Below, in pieces: positions 26,309 through 39,640 of a stretch of DNA of 64,000 nucleotides (the first letter of the stretch is position 1; the number at the start of each line of letters is the position of its first letter). The stretch is from Lama guanicoe (lineage: Eukaryota). The notes under the pieces were generated by a model, which searched no databases, was not told the DNA's origin, and worked only from the letters and a program-made list of their open reading frames with translations. Made by a program: the position numbers and the translations under genes. The DNA lies in contig MU053559.1 in NCBI GenBank assembly GCA_013239625.1, positions 434,001 to 498,000 of the forward strand. The letters run 5' to 3'.

Positions 26309-26487
26309 CGACATCTTGTTCAGCTGTTGTTGCTTTGGAACTTTTGAAATTATGTATCTTTGGAGACTTGTTTTTGTTCCCCGACTCTTCCCTGACTCGA
26401 CATCTTGTTCAGCTGTTGTTGCTTTGGAACTTTTGAAATTATGTATCTTTGGAGACTTGTTTTTGTTCCCCGACTCTTCCCTGACTC
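26309..26487. repeat. Perfect 89-bp tandem duplication
   Basis: cgacatcttgttcagctg...ccctgactc occurs at 26309 and 26398. Confidence 0.95.
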
Positions 26488-27617
26488 AACATTCTATTTT
26501 CATCTAACAAACACTCAGGTAGCACTTGACCTGTGTGCCAGGCACTCTTCTGACCTCTTTTGTAAATAGTGACTTATTTAAATCCTCCTAACAGCCTGAG
26601 GGAAACACACACTATTTTACCGTGTCCATTTGACTGAGGGAAATGAGGATATTGAGGCCCAGAGTGGTTAGATGATTTCCCCAGTAGCTCCCAGCTAGCA
26701 AGTGGTGGAGCCCAGATGCGATGCCAGTCAGGCTGGGTGCAAAGTGTATGTTTTTCATTACTATGTTCCACGCCTGCACGGTTACTAAGATTCCTATCTG
26801 CCGGTAACGATAGTTGTTAGCGAGTACTATATAGTATTCTCCTGTGTTACTATATAATTTGTTTATTCATATTCTCCCATTAACCGATATCTGAGCTGAT
26901 TTTGGCTTTTGCAGTTGGCAGTTCGCTCCTGTACACATCTCCTGGTCCACGTAGGCATCCATATTCTCAGAAGGGGGAACTGGGGCATTATAAGGGTTTG
27001 CATAGCTCTAATAATGCCGGTGAATGCCGTCTCAGTCCTCACCCCTCCCTGGGCCTGTTTCCTGTTTGGAGACATGAAGCTCTCAGGCACACAGGGGGGT
27101 CTGAGCACGTCTAGGCTGTGACTGGCATCCCCAGGTACCTGAGGGGAAACAGTGCATCTCAAGGCGGGACCCACAGTTCTCCCTGGAAACCTGCAGGGCT
27201 CCCATGCCTGCAGGTTCCAAGCTTTCTCCTAAGCCCAGGCTCCAAGCCCCTTCCGATGTGGTAGTTCCAACCTCCCCCTGCCTCCCCGCTCGCAACCCAG
27301 ATTATGGTGCCCCCAGCTCACCAGGTGATTTCATAACCTCCTGGCCTGGAGCCCCTTCCAGCCTGTTCATCAGGGCAAGCCCTGCTTTTCCTTAGAAGGC
27401 CACTTCATTCAGTCATGTTGACAATGTTCCTTGAGCTGTGTGCGCGAGGCATCTCTCCACTCTCTGGCACTCACTAAACATTTACTGAAGGAATGAACAA
27501 AGGATTAATAACTACTTTGATTTAGTATTTTCTGGGCTTTTTCTAAGTGTCTCGCACTTATAAACTCATTTCACATTCACAGACAACCCCAGGAGGTAAG
27601 TATTCCTGCTATCCCCA

Positions 27618-27704
27618 TTTTTTTTTAATGGCGGTACTGGGGATCGAATCCAGGACCTTGTGCATGCTAAGCACGCACTCTACCACTTGAGGTATACCCT
27701 CCCT
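27618..27704 (-). mobile_element. Vic-1-like SINE inside a MIR
   Basis: tRNA-Ala head; TSD ctg(c/t)tatccccatttt. Confidence 0.9.
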
Positions 27705-30299
27705 CTCTGTTATCCCCATTTTACTGATAGGGAAGCTGAGGCCCAGAGACGCTTAGCTAACTTGCCTGAGGTCACACAGCTTGGGAGTGGTGGGGCTGAG
27801 GCCAATTATCTGGGACATGGTTCCTAAACTGTTAAGTGCCACATGGAACCTGAGATAAAATTCTTCTGCTCCCTTTTCTGTCTTTTGTTCTCTTTCTCTG
27901 CTCCTAGATCTGTCCCTTTTAAGTCTACATCAGGGGGAGTTAAACCTCTGCCCCATTCACTGGTTGTTGCTTAACATTTAAAAGTTGTATATTTCCTGTT
28001 CTTACCTTTAAGGAGCAGACAGGTTTAAAATTTTTATTTTTCAAAAAAAAATAAATAAAACTTGTATTTTTCTCTAAAGAAAAATCACCTCAAGTAGATT
28101 CCTGTTATTTTAGTCCCTAATAGAAGGAATTTCCCCATTCTAGGATACAGTGATTTATTAATCATGTTAGTGTCACTTTTCATCTTATTCAGTTTATTGA
28201 ATTGCTCTGTTGACCTGCATTCATAATTTGGGGCTGGTTTATTTTACTTTTATGTGTTCCCATCAACTCTTGCTTTTCTTCACTGGATGACAGTATTTGG
28301 TGAGGTGACCTCAAAGTTAATTTGCTCTCCTGGGCCTTCAAAAAGATTGAAAAAGAACAAAAACCCTAATCCAGCTTTTCTGGCTGTTCTCAGCAGGAGA
28401 GGATTGAATGAAATACAGGTCAGTCCACCACAGTAGGGAGTAGAAATTCTAACTTACTTCTCAGGAATTCAGTGAATATCCAGGAACCCCCAAGAACCAG
28501 GATATACCCAGTAACTTATACCCACCTGATGCTCCCCCATCACCTCCCTCTGCCAACCCCCAGGGGTCACTGGATGGAGAGTCATTTCCTGTTTATATCT
28601 TGTGCTTATTTTGATTTATTTTGAGGGGATATTGCTTATAAGATCCTGATTGCCATGCCTCAAGTCATCAGTAATAAGACACAGGGGTGTCCTCCACACC
28701 CTGGTCACCACCACGTGATTGAGTCCCCAGAAGAGATGTAGGCATGGGTAGGGTCCCACTGCTAGGAACAAACCGAGGCCAAGATGGCAAAATTTCCTTT
28801 GCCACACCATCCTTCTCCTCCCCTTACCTTCCTGCCCCTCATGGTCCTCCGTACCCCTGACTGAGGGGTGCTTCCTGGGGACAGGCCTAAGAAGACAGCA
28901 ATTCCCAACCCTCAGACCCAATGCTCCCTTTTCATAAGAAGCACTTTAGGAGGCCTCCTTTGACCACCCTGGAATGACATCCATGTACGTTACAAGTCTT
29001 GGTGGTGGGGGGCTGTCCCCCCGGGGTCTCAGGACCCTGCCCATTCAATGCCGAAGCACCTCCATCATTGTGATAACCAAAGTCGGCCTACCAGTTAGTC
29101 CCTAAACACACTCCCAGGGCAGGTGGGAACCAGCCTCTTGTCTGTCTTGTGCATGGCCGTATCCCCACTACAGAGCACAAGACCCCACCTGCAGAAGCTC
29201 AGTCAACACTAGTTGAATGCTCATTGTAGAGTCTGGAGTTCTATGCCGATTTGTTGCCATCTTCCCACTAGGCTCCCCTGTCCTCTCTTCCCCACCCCTG
29301 CCTGGGGGAAGGGGGAAGAAAAACAGCTCAGAGTGTGCAGGGGTCAGCCCCTCCCAGAGAGGTGTTGACACTGTTCACTGATGCTGTAGTCCTGGTGGGG
29401 GTGGAGTGAGGACAGGGTGTGCACAGAAAAGCAAACACCTGTAGAGATAAGAATTGCTTAGTGGATGGAACCAGATTCTGGAGCCTGGCTCTGGCACTTA
29501 CCAGCTGTTTCAAGTCTGGTAACCTCTCAGTGCCTCAGTTCCCTCATCCATAAAGTGGAGATAGTAATGGCAGTTCAGATTGTTGTGAAGGCTAAATGAG
29601 ACAATTCATGTCGAATGAGGAGGACAGAGCTTAACAAGTTATAATTATGCCTTATTGTTTGCATAAAATGGCTGAGTAACTTGGATAAATAAATGTCCTT
29701 CCCTCCGCCTAGCATTCTCCCTACTCTCGCCCCAATCCTCTCCTCATTCTACCCCATTAGCTGTTCAGGCCCCATCACCATTGGTGGATGGTCCCAGACC
29801 CAGAACACAGCCCCGTTCCCTCTGCCCTTTCTCTACTTTTCCTTGGTGCGAAGCCCATCTGAGATCCAATCTGTGGGCCCAGCCATATTCCTCCAGGGCC
29901 ATGACCTGCTCCTGGAGACCTCCCTGCCAACCTCAGTGGTCCCAGCCACCACGTGTTTCCTATCCTACGCCTCCCACCTGCACAGGAAAACACTGCCAGC
30001 CAGCCCTCTCCTTCCTTTATAGGTTTATGTTGCTCACCTCGGACCACCCAGGGAGCTAAAGGTCTTCTCCCAGTCCCTATTCTGCCCAGACCCTCAAAGT
30101 CACCACGGTCTCCCTAAATGGGTACTCCCTACCCTAATCTGTGACCCCAAACGTCTATTTCCCAGTCTATGACACCAGAAGGGTCCACACCCAAGTTTGT
30201 GTGACTCTGGAAGTTTCCACTTCCCGGTCTGTGTGTCCCAAGGGCCGCCCACAACCTTGACTGAGTGAGCCCAAGATTGTTAACGCTCCAGCCTGGAAC

Positions 30300-30850
30300 A
30301 GACCATGACGAGGGTGGGGAGGAACGCAAAATGGAGCAGACCAGGATCGTACCACTGCGGGGTGTGTGTGGCTATTTTGCACCGTACCATTTTGTTTCCG
30401 GGGGGGCGGGGAAACACGACATTCCCTAATGGACGGGGAATGTCGCCATCCTGCTTGTCCCAAGATCCCCGTCCCATCCGCCCGACTCCCACCCGCTTCG
30501 GGTAGCCCTCACTCTCTGATCGCGCCCCCGGCTTCTCTCACATCCGCCATCTTAACCACTCTCACCACGCCCACGATTCCTTATTTTCGAAACAGTTCTC
30601 AATGCAAGGGAGCTGACAATAGGCACCGGGGACCGTCGTGGGCTCTGATTGGTCGGTGGCCGAATTCTCGTCCTTGCTGTTCTTTGAAGCTGCACGGGAT
30701 CGGAGGATAACATAGCCCCGCCTCTGCTCCAGCGCTCCAGGCTCCCATTGGTCATGGGTTCGGGGCATGCGCAGTGGGTGCCAGGCCGGTGTGCTCGGCC
30801 TCTTGAGCCGCGCTTTGGGGGTTTCAGATGGTGGGTTCGGATGCCGCTTC
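30300..30850 (-). promoter_or_regulatory. CpG-island promoter, probably the distal WAS promoter
   Basis: CpG-rich; YY1 CCGCCATCTT 30544-30553; ATTGG 30648-30652 and 30748-30752; NRF1-like GCATGCGCA 30765-30773; ETS and GC box at ~30395-30411. Confidence 0.7.
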
Positions 30851-31462
30851 AGAGGTTTAGATTGTTCAAGTGCAGTTGGGGCAGCAGGTGGTGTTTATTG
30901 ATGAGAGTTAGTAAGATCACACACCGGGGCATGGCTCCTGGTACACTGGGGCAATGCTGTAATCCACTAGGGTTTCCTGCTCGCACCCAGTGGGTTCTTG
31001 CGTTCTTCATTCATTCCCTAGTTTACTCAAAAAGCGCTCCTTGAGTTTGGGTGATTGGGTTTTACGAAAACTCTCATAAGTTACTTTAATAAAATTAGAT
31101 CCTGCCTCAGTAGGACTGGCACAGTGGGGTGGCTGTCTCACTCAAGACGGTAAATTGCAGAGTGAACATCTTGTGGTGTTTGGATCTAATGTACTAAAAT
31201 TATTAATTTCACTCCCTTCTGACTAAATGAATAGAAAATTTACAGCAGTTAAAAGCCCTGCTGGCGAGGCCTTTGACAAAAAGAGAATAAATACTTTACC
31301 CAATATTCAATATGCAAAGTGATGGTTTTGGAGCATTTGGTCAGGCAGCACAGGATTGCTGCGATTGACATGTGTAATTTACTATACATCACAGGTGATA
31401 CAGCCAGTTACCTACTTTAAAGTCTGAAAATTTACATATATGTAAATCAAAACATAAATATA

Positions 31463-31560
31463 GGGGGGAGGGTAATAGCTCAGCAGTGGAGCGTATGCTT
31501 AGCATGCACAGGGTCCTGAGTTCAATCCCCAGTACCTCCATTAAAAAATAAATTTTTAAA
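31463..31560 (+). mobile_element. Vic-1-like SINE
   Basis: tRNA-Ala head and A-rich tail. Confidence 0.88.
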
Positions 31561-32049
31561 AACATATAGATCACATGCTTTATAATATATATAAATAAAT
31601 ACATGATTCTAGGGATATACATGATATAGATGGAGCAGTGGGAATCTAGTTCACTGCCCTGGGTCAGTCACATGCTGAAAGGGAGGGGACTGTTGATAAT
31701 TTAACATGATGCCCCCAATTTTAGGAAGCCTGAGCCCTGAACTCCCTGACTTCACCAGATGGGGCAAATTTCCCTTAATTTGCTTGGAAGCCCCCAAGTC
31801 TATGCCCAGCACTGCCTCCACTGTGCAAACACAAACTGACCTTTGTATCAGCTCTGATTCTAGGAAGATTGTTATTTTAAGTGTGTATATGGGTACTTAG
31901 GGTGCTGGGTAGAACAAATCAAAGGGCCAGTTAAAGTGTGGGCACTTTGTCATCACTGAATGTTTCTGACGGTGGCTGGATTTGTAACATATATACTTCA
32001 ATTTAGTATCTCCACTCAGGGGCCATAGTTGGTGAGGGGTGCATTGTTT

Positions 32050-32295
32050 TTGTTTGGGATTTTTTTCTTTTCATATTTTTTTTCGTTTAAGGTTACTACA
32101 AGATATTGGAAATAGTTCCCTGTGCTGTACAGAAGAAATTTTGTTTTTAATCTTTTTTTATATATAATGGTTAACATTTGCAAATCTCAAACTCCCAAAT
32201 TTATCCCTTCCCACCCCCTTTCTCCGGTAACCATAAGATTGTTTACTATATCTGCGAGTCTGTTTCTTTTGTAGGTGAGTTCATTAGTGTCCATG
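32050..32295 (-). mobile_element. L1 3' UTR fragment
   Basis: atagttccctgtgctgtacag...caaactcccaaatttatccct, shared with the other L1 3' ends in the window. Confidence 0.8.
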
Positions 32296-32781
32296 TTTGG
32301 GATCTTGCCCTAAGGGTTATAGTATGGTATTATCCAGCATGCAATAGGTATATAGTCTCTTTTACAGAAATACACCCCAAAGTGATACAATTAAAGAAAA
32401 CAGAGGGAAACAGAAGACCTTTAGCTTATGAATAAAAGGATAAGCCTATTTGAATAAAGTAAAATGCTTTTAAAAACCCTCCAATAAATATAGTTTGCAT
32501 TCTATGTCTGTAGCCCTTAAATTGTACAGATTTTATCATCATCAATCCCAGTTTAGACCTTGATTACAGGCAACTTGAAGAGAAAAAGAGTTGTTTTTTA
32601 AAAAAATTGACTGGCAACTATGGGAGAACACAATGGGTGTGTTTATAATCTTAGGATCAAGAGAGCCTTCAGAAAATTGGGTAATAAAGATGTACATGTG
32701 CATAGCTTGTATGAGTGCTACAAGTTGGTCAGGAAGCTTTAAAAACGTATTTATTGCCAACAACGGTCTTTTAAAATCGAA

Positions 32782-32915
32782 GGGGCAGGGTACAGCTCAG
32801 TGGTAGAGCATATACGTAGCATGCGCAAGGTCTTGGGTTCAATCTCCAGTACCTCCATTAAATAAACAGATAATTAAACCTAATTACCATCCCCCCAAAA
32901 ATAAAAAATAAGACA
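32782..32915 (+). mobile_element. Vic-1-like SINE
   Basis: tRNA-Ala head and aaacctaattacc tail. Confidence 0.88.
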
Positions 32916-34152
32916 AAACTTTTTTTTGAAAATAACCACAATCCCTTATTCAAGCTATTTTCATTTAGTATACTACAGAAGTATTTCAACATTAACATCA
33001 CAATTGTTACCTTGCTTGATATTAACATAACATTTATTAACTGCCACATTTTTAGTATTCACTTTCTTTATCCACCTAAGCAAGTAAGAATGACTCTTTA
33101 TTTTATAAAATGAAGAAATAGAATCAAAACCCAGATCTTTAAAAAAAAAATCTGGCTTAAAAAGTACGCTTGTGTCAGGGATCATGAGACTTTCTATATT
33201 TCCAAGTGGCATTTATTCCTGAAGCATGTCAGCTTCCCTGCACAGTGACTTACTGTGTTTATCTTTATAAAGAGTAAAGTAAACTTTACAAACTCAATTC
33301 CATTTGGGAATTCTAGTGCCAGGTGTTAATGGCATCATTATTCCAAACAAAATATGTTAGAACCATTACTTTTTGTGATAGGTTTCTTGTGGGAATTTCC
33401 ATGAAGTGTTCGTAGTCTGTAAGATATTAACATGGCATAACTATTTTCTTCTTACTATGTATTATGCTAATGATTTTCTTGGTAGACAGGTTGGTCCTTT
33501 TATAAAGAAATGTCAACTTCTTAACCTTTGCCAGCTAAGACAGAACTCTTTAAAAAATACATTTAAAATAATATTGAAGCAAAATATTTCAAAGAAATAA
33601 AACTTTTTTGATTTTCTTTGATTTATGACTGAAAGATATTTTGTCACTGTTTTAAAGTATTCAGGCAGCTGGGTGTAGGGGCAAGCTACACAGTGGAATG
33701 GGGCAGCAAGGTGCAGGCCCAGGACATTCTGGTGGAGCAGGGATTAAAAAAAATAAAAATATTCATCCTTTTAAAGCCTTTTTCTTCTAATTAATTAGTA
33801 ATAGTCTTATCAAAGGTAAATGAACTCCTTGTGTAAAATTTTAATTATAAAATAGTTCTAGCAGTGCAAGGGATTTGGCAATAAGTGAGGCCAGTTACCA
33901 AACAGAATATCTCCTCCCTTCATAAGGCTCTCAGTATTTGCTTGTGGTATCTCTGAACGTTGTAGTGGTTTGGGCTTCCCAAAGAGTAAAAATAGATGCC
34001 GGGCTATAGTGTAGTTAGTGGCTAGACAACTTCTGAGCTTCGTCTCAAAGATTGATAAACCACATACTGAAATCAAAATAAGTAAAGGGAGTAAAATATC
34101 TTGTAACTGGATTATAGCTAAGTGCATTTGCATAGACTGTTTGCAAAGGTGA

Positions 34153-34660
34153 TGTTATGGACCCAACTGTGTCCCTCCAAAATTCCCACGTTGAAGCCCT
34201 AACCCTGGAGTGACTTTATGGAAATGGGGCCTTTAAGGAGGTAATTGAGGTTAAGTAAGGTCATAAGGATGGCGCCCTAATCCAATAGGACTGGAGTCAT
34301 TGTAAGAAGAAAAGACACTAGAGACGCATGCGCACAGAGAAAAGGCCGCATGAGGAGGCAGCCATCTTTAAACCAATGAGAAAGGCGGGAGGGTATAGCT
34401 TAGTGGTAGAGCGCATGCTTAGAATGCATTAGGTCCTGTGTTCAATCCCCAGTACCTCCATTAAAATAACTAACTAACTAACTAACTAAATTAATTAAAA
34501 GAAAACACAAGGAGAGAGGCCTCAGGAGAAACTAAACCTGGCAAACTGAACACCTTGATCTTGGACTTCCAACCTTTAGAACCTGGAGAAAATAAATTTC
34601 TACTGTTTAAGCCAACCAGTCAGTGGTATTTGGTTATGACAGCCCAAACAGATTAATACA
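34153..34660 (+). mobile_element. MaLR LTR (MLT1A/B-like); a second MLT1-type LTR follows to ~35190
   Basis: tgttatgg...tgtgtccctccaaaattc...ttgatcttggacttcc...aataaatttc...taataca. Confidence 0.8.
34384..34500 (+). mobile_element. Vic-1-like SINE with (TAAC)n tail, inside an MLT1 LTR
   Basis: tRNA-Ala head; interrupts the LTR. Confidence 0.88.
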
Positions 34661-36369
34661 GCAGGTGGCCACAAACATTCCTCCCCTGTCTGGAGTCAGA
34701 CCCCCTAGCAATGTGACTGCAGCTCCCCCGTCCAGAGGTCAGCCTATTTCCTCACGCCTTGAACCTGGGCTGATCTCGTGACTTGCTTTGGCCAACAGAA
34801 CATAACAGAACCACCACAATGTGAGATCTAGAGCCTCGATTTCAAGAGATCTTGCAGTTTCTGCCTGGGCCCTAGTGCTGCCCTGAGCCCTCCATGTGAG
34901 GAAGCGGGTCTGGCCTGCTGGAGGATGAGAGGGAGGGTGGCAGAGAATCAAGACCCCCTGCTGACGGCTGGTACCAACAGCCAGGCTTATGAGTAAGGCC
35001 ATTGGAACTTCCAGCCTAGCTGACCCTCTGGTTGACTGCAGCCACATGATTGAGCAGAGAGAAATTCAAGAGTGTAACCACTAGCTGATCCCAGCTCACA
35101 TTACCTACCTACAGGGTTTGTGAGCAGATACAACGTTAAATTCCAAAGCCACTATGTTTTGCAGTCCTTTGCTTTGCAACACTAACTAAGCAGAGTGAAC
35201 CTGATGATATTCTGAAAGGGCAAATTTGGGCAGCCAAAGGACCAATCCTTGCAGGGAGGCCAGGGAACTCCCATATGGAGGCAGAGAAGACTCCCCAGCC
35301 CCATGGCCAGGAGCCCCATTATGACACTCAACACTTGTCCACTTCAGTTCTCTCTCCCCAGATTCAGAGTCAGTCGTGTTTGCTGTCTTGGAAATTGTGG
35401 TCATAACTACTGGAAGTTCAAAAAAAAAAGATTTTTTAAAAGCAATTATGACCCTTCACCAAAGAAGTGTCACTGCAAGTGATGGTACATAATTTGAATA
35501 CCAATTATTAGTCTGAATAACTAAGTTGAAGGTGCTAGCTATATAATTTCAAATTTAGAGACAGTATCCTTCAAGATTTAGAGAGAAAGAGCAGTTATAA
35601 TTGCCTGACTATTTTAACATGTTTGCCCAGGCTATTATAGAATTCTCTATTACAGAAATCTTTCCACTGCCAAAGAGTAGTTGGAATTTTCACTTGATTT
35701 TAAACCAAATCTATAACGTTAAAGTAATCTCCATCAGCAACTTGTTGGCACTGGATGAGAGAAAATCCCTCCGTGTGACTTTTACTGAACTTTCAAAAAC
35801 ATTCTCTAACACAGTGTTATGAAGAAGGTCTTTTATTTCCCTGCCCAAATAAGCACTGAATTTCAGGCTAGGAAAATCCATTTTATGCATTGATTAAGTG
35901 AGTAGGTTTGTTTTTGATCAAGCTAAAGGCTTATATGCTAACCATACTGCCTTGAAATATGAACTTTCAACTTCCAGTCTTGAGTTTCCTCAGTGTAATT
36001 CCCTGTGGTCAAGTGACATTTTTCATTCAGGGAAGTGATATCACAGTAATTCTTCTAAACCTTCATTGAAATAGGAAGCTGAAATTCAACCCCACTTTTT
36101 GCAGAGAGAAATTTCTCTGAATTACAAAGCTGGGAAACCCCTAGAAACTCAGCTAATGAGCTGAAAAGGCTCCTGAGAGCCATGTGACCTTTATATGGCC
36201 TTTCTTCAGATAAACAAATGTGTGTACCTACTTTCTATGCACACTCACACTGACAAGTGTGTGCATGTTAGTGTGGATCGTGGAACCATAGATTGGTCAG
36301 GGGCCTCAAGGGGAAATGCCTAATTATGTGGACTGATCAAAGTGATTTGGTAGATGATGCTTCATCCTT

Positions 36370-36605
36370 CTTTAAAAAATTGAAGTATATTTGATTTACA
36401 ATGAACTGTTAATTTCAGGTGTACAGCAAAGTGATTTAGTTATACATATACATATATATATTATTTTTCAGATTCTTTTCTATTGTAGGTTATTACAAGA
36501 TATTGAATATAGTTCCCTGTACTATACAAGTCAGTGTTGTTTATCTATTTTATATATAGTAGTGTGTATATGTTGATCCCAAACTCCTAATTTATCCCTC
36601 CCCAC
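36370..36605 (-). mobile_element. L1 3' end
   Basis: aattgaagtata...tttcaggtgtacagc...atagttccctgt motif; flanked by gatgc(t/c)tcatc duplication. Confidence 0.82.
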
Positions 36606-36764
36606 CTCGATGCCTCATCTTTGATGCCTAGTTATTCTTTTAAAATAATTCAGTGAGGTTATCACACAAGAGTTTGGGATCCGACTTTAGGCAGGAGAGG
36701 AACACCTGTAAAACTTATGGAATGCATTAGATCCACCTAATCAAAATTCATTCTATCAACAAAT

Positions 36765-37200
36765 ATTTTTATTGAGATATAATTGACATGTAACATTATA
36801 TTACTTTCAGGTGCACAATATAATGATTTAATATTTGTATACATTGTGAAATGATCACCACAATAAGTCTAATTACCATCTGTCACCCTACAAAATTACA
36901 AAATATTTTTTCTTGTGATGAGAACTTTTAAGATTTTACTTTTATCAGCTTTCAAATATGCAATACAATAGTATCGATTGTCACCGTGCTATACATTACA
37001 TCCCCATGACATTGATTTTATAATTGAAAGTTTATACCTCTTGACCCCTGTCAGCTATTTCATCCACCCCCAACCCCCCACCTCTCTGGCAACCACCAAT
37101 CTAGTCTCTGTACCTATGCATTTAGTTTAGTTTGGTTTGGTCATTATTTTTGTTTTTCAGATTACACATATAAGGGAAATCATATGGTATTTGTCTTTAT
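36765..37200 (-). mobile_element. Older L1 (L1MA-like) 3' end
   Basis: attgagatataattgaca...ctctggcaaccaccaatct...atggtatttgtctt. Confidence 0.75.
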
Positions 37201-37424
37201 ATACATTCTGTCCTTTAACCCTCACAACAAATCCATGTGGTAGCTACTCCTGTCCCCCTTTTACTAATCAGGAAACTGAAATTCAGAGCATTTCAGTGAC
37301 TTGTTTGCTCAAGGCCACACAGCCAACACAAAGCTGAGCTGAGCTCTAGCCTCTAAAAGTCCTGCTCCAGCTTCCCTATCTCCTCACCTCATTCGTCTGT
37401 CAAGCTCCTACTCATCCTTCAGAT

Positions 37425-37531
37425 TTTATTTTTATTTTTTTAAAATTTTTTTGAGAGAGGTACTGGGGATTGAACCCAGGACCTCATGCATGCTAAGCGT
37501 GTGCTCTACCAGTGAGCTATTTCCTTCCCTC
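37425..37531 (-). mobile_element. Vic-1-like SINE
   Basis: tRNA-Ala head; TSD ctcatc(c/t)ttcagatttta. Confidence 0.88.
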
Positions 37532-37736
37532 TCATCTTTCAGATTTTAGCTGAGACATCACTGCCCCAGGACTCCTCTGACAACCCGAGTTCAGGTTCTG
37601 TGCCTCTCCTATGGGCTTCTGCAGTCCCTGGACTTACCCCATCATCTCTCCTCTGTAATCAGTAATTGGGCCAGAGACTTGTGGCTTGATTTCACAGTTT
37701 CAAGCCTATAGGAGACATTCATGAAATAGCTGTGGG

Positions 37737-38181
37737 TCTGTTTCTGTTTTGTAAATAAGCTCATGTGTATCTTTTTTTTTTTTACATTCCACATATAAGG
37801 GATATCATATAATCTCTGACTTTCTCTGTCTGACTTACCTCACTTAGTATGGTCATCTCTAGGTCCATCTGTGTTGCTGCAAATGGCATAATTTCATATG
37901 GTTACCAAAGGGGAAATGGTGAGGGGGGTGAATAAATAGGAGTTGGGGATTAGCAGATACAAACTACTATATATAAAAAAGATAAACAACAAGGTCCTAC
38001 TGTATAGCACAGGGAACTATATTCAATAGCTTGTAATAACCTGTAATGAAAAAGGATATAAAAAGGAATATATATATGTATAACTGAATGGCTATGCTGT
38101 ACACCAGAAACTAACACCGCATTGTAAATCAACTATATGTCAATTAAAAAAAAGGGCCCCTGATGCTGGGAAAAAAGGAAA
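37737..38181 (+). mobile_element. L1 3' end with 5' inversion (twin priming)
   Basis: 37737-~37897 antisense L1, then sense L1 to the poly(A); 14-bp TSD gaaatagctgtggg 37723-37736 and 38182-38195. Confidence 0.88.
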
Positions 38182-38536
38182 GAAATAGCTGTGGGATGAA
38201 CAAATAAATGGATGTGTGAATGGTGTGCTGCACAGATTTCCGCAAAGCCTCATGTTCTCCCATAACCCACAATACACCTCCTTCCAGAAGGCTAAGCCCA
38301 GTGCTGAGCCCTCAGGGGTTGGGGACAGGGTACAGAAATGAATGAGTCCTGCCCTGGTGGGTTCACTGCAGGTTGTGGGGACAAGTCAGAAAGCAATCGG
38401 TAATGCAGGGTCTCCTGAACTAGAGGGGAGGATAGGGTGGAGGGAGGGCAGCTGAGGCAGGAAAATAAAAAATCAACTGATGTCACTGGCAAGGAGGCAA
38501 AGTTCAATTCATTCAAATGAGTTTCTCTTTCTCAGT

Positions 38537-38672
38537 GGAGGAGGACATAGTTCAAGTGGTAGAGCACATGCTTGGCGTGCACGGGGTCCTGGGCTCAATC
38601 TCTAGTACCTCCTCTATAAATAAATAAATAAACTTAATTACCTTCCCTCCACATAAAAATTAAAAAACAAAA
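38537..38672 (+). mobile_element. Vic-1-like SINE
   Basis: tRNA-Ala head; aaatgagttt duplicated on both sides. Confidence 0.85.
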
Positions 38673-39507
38673 AAATGAGTTTTTCAATCCAAATATGAGA
38701 AAAATGGCATGACTATAGATTATGAACTTGGGAAGGCTGACATCTTTCTAGTCAGATGCCGATGAATCGGCTAAATATGCTCTTACCTGTGAGTAACTTA
38801 TTATGTACCAGTGGGTATTGTTACAAGTGATTTATCATTTGCTAGTAATTCCAGAGCATTTTGCTTGTCACTTGTCCCATTCTCCCTGTCTTACCTTCTC
38901 AAGCTCAAGTCCTCCTCGATCACGGTCACGGTCACGTGTTGCATTCCCTCTGGGCTCTACCCAGTCCTCTCTCAGCCACGCAGGCTCTGCTGGTTCCCTT
39001 TTTGGGCAGCACGGGGCTAGGGTGAGCGGTGCTCTGAGACTGGAAGCAGTCTGAGGACAGGAGTAGTGTGTTCTCTCCACAGTGCTGAGGTTAGAGCAGA
39101 CTGGAAGATGGAGAAAGGTATATGATATGTATATGATAGACAATGTATTGCTTCCTTAAAAATGTCTACAGCTATCTGCCGCTCAGACCTTAATTCAGAG
39201 TTTCCTGCTCTAATAGTTTCGGATTTCACTCCTACAAGCACCAGCGGTTTGTCTCTGCTGGAAGGCACACATTAACTTCAGCGGGGAAACCAAATGGCTC
39301 AGCTCCCACCCCTGACTGGGCAGCCTGAAGGCAGGCTGGATGGGAGTGGAGTTAGAATTTATTCTTTGGGTTCTTTTTGTCATCCTGAAAGGGAAATGAC
39401 TATCCTATTTTTTATTTTATTTTTTCATTCTGTAATGTAGCTTTTTTCTTTGCAGATAAGATAGATTCTTTTGTGCCTTTAATTAAGGAAAATAAAGGGA
39501 ATTTTGA

Positions 39508-39640
39508 GGGGGGAGAGTATAGCTCAATGATAGAGTGCATGCTTAGCATGCATGAGGTCCTGGGGTCAATCCCCAGTACCTCCTCTAAAAATAAAGAAAT
39601 AAATAAACTGAATTACCTCCCCCACCCCAAAACTAACTAA
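39508..39640 (+). mobile_element. Vic-1-like SINE
   Basis: tRNA-Ala head and aattacctcccc tail. Confidence 0.87.
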
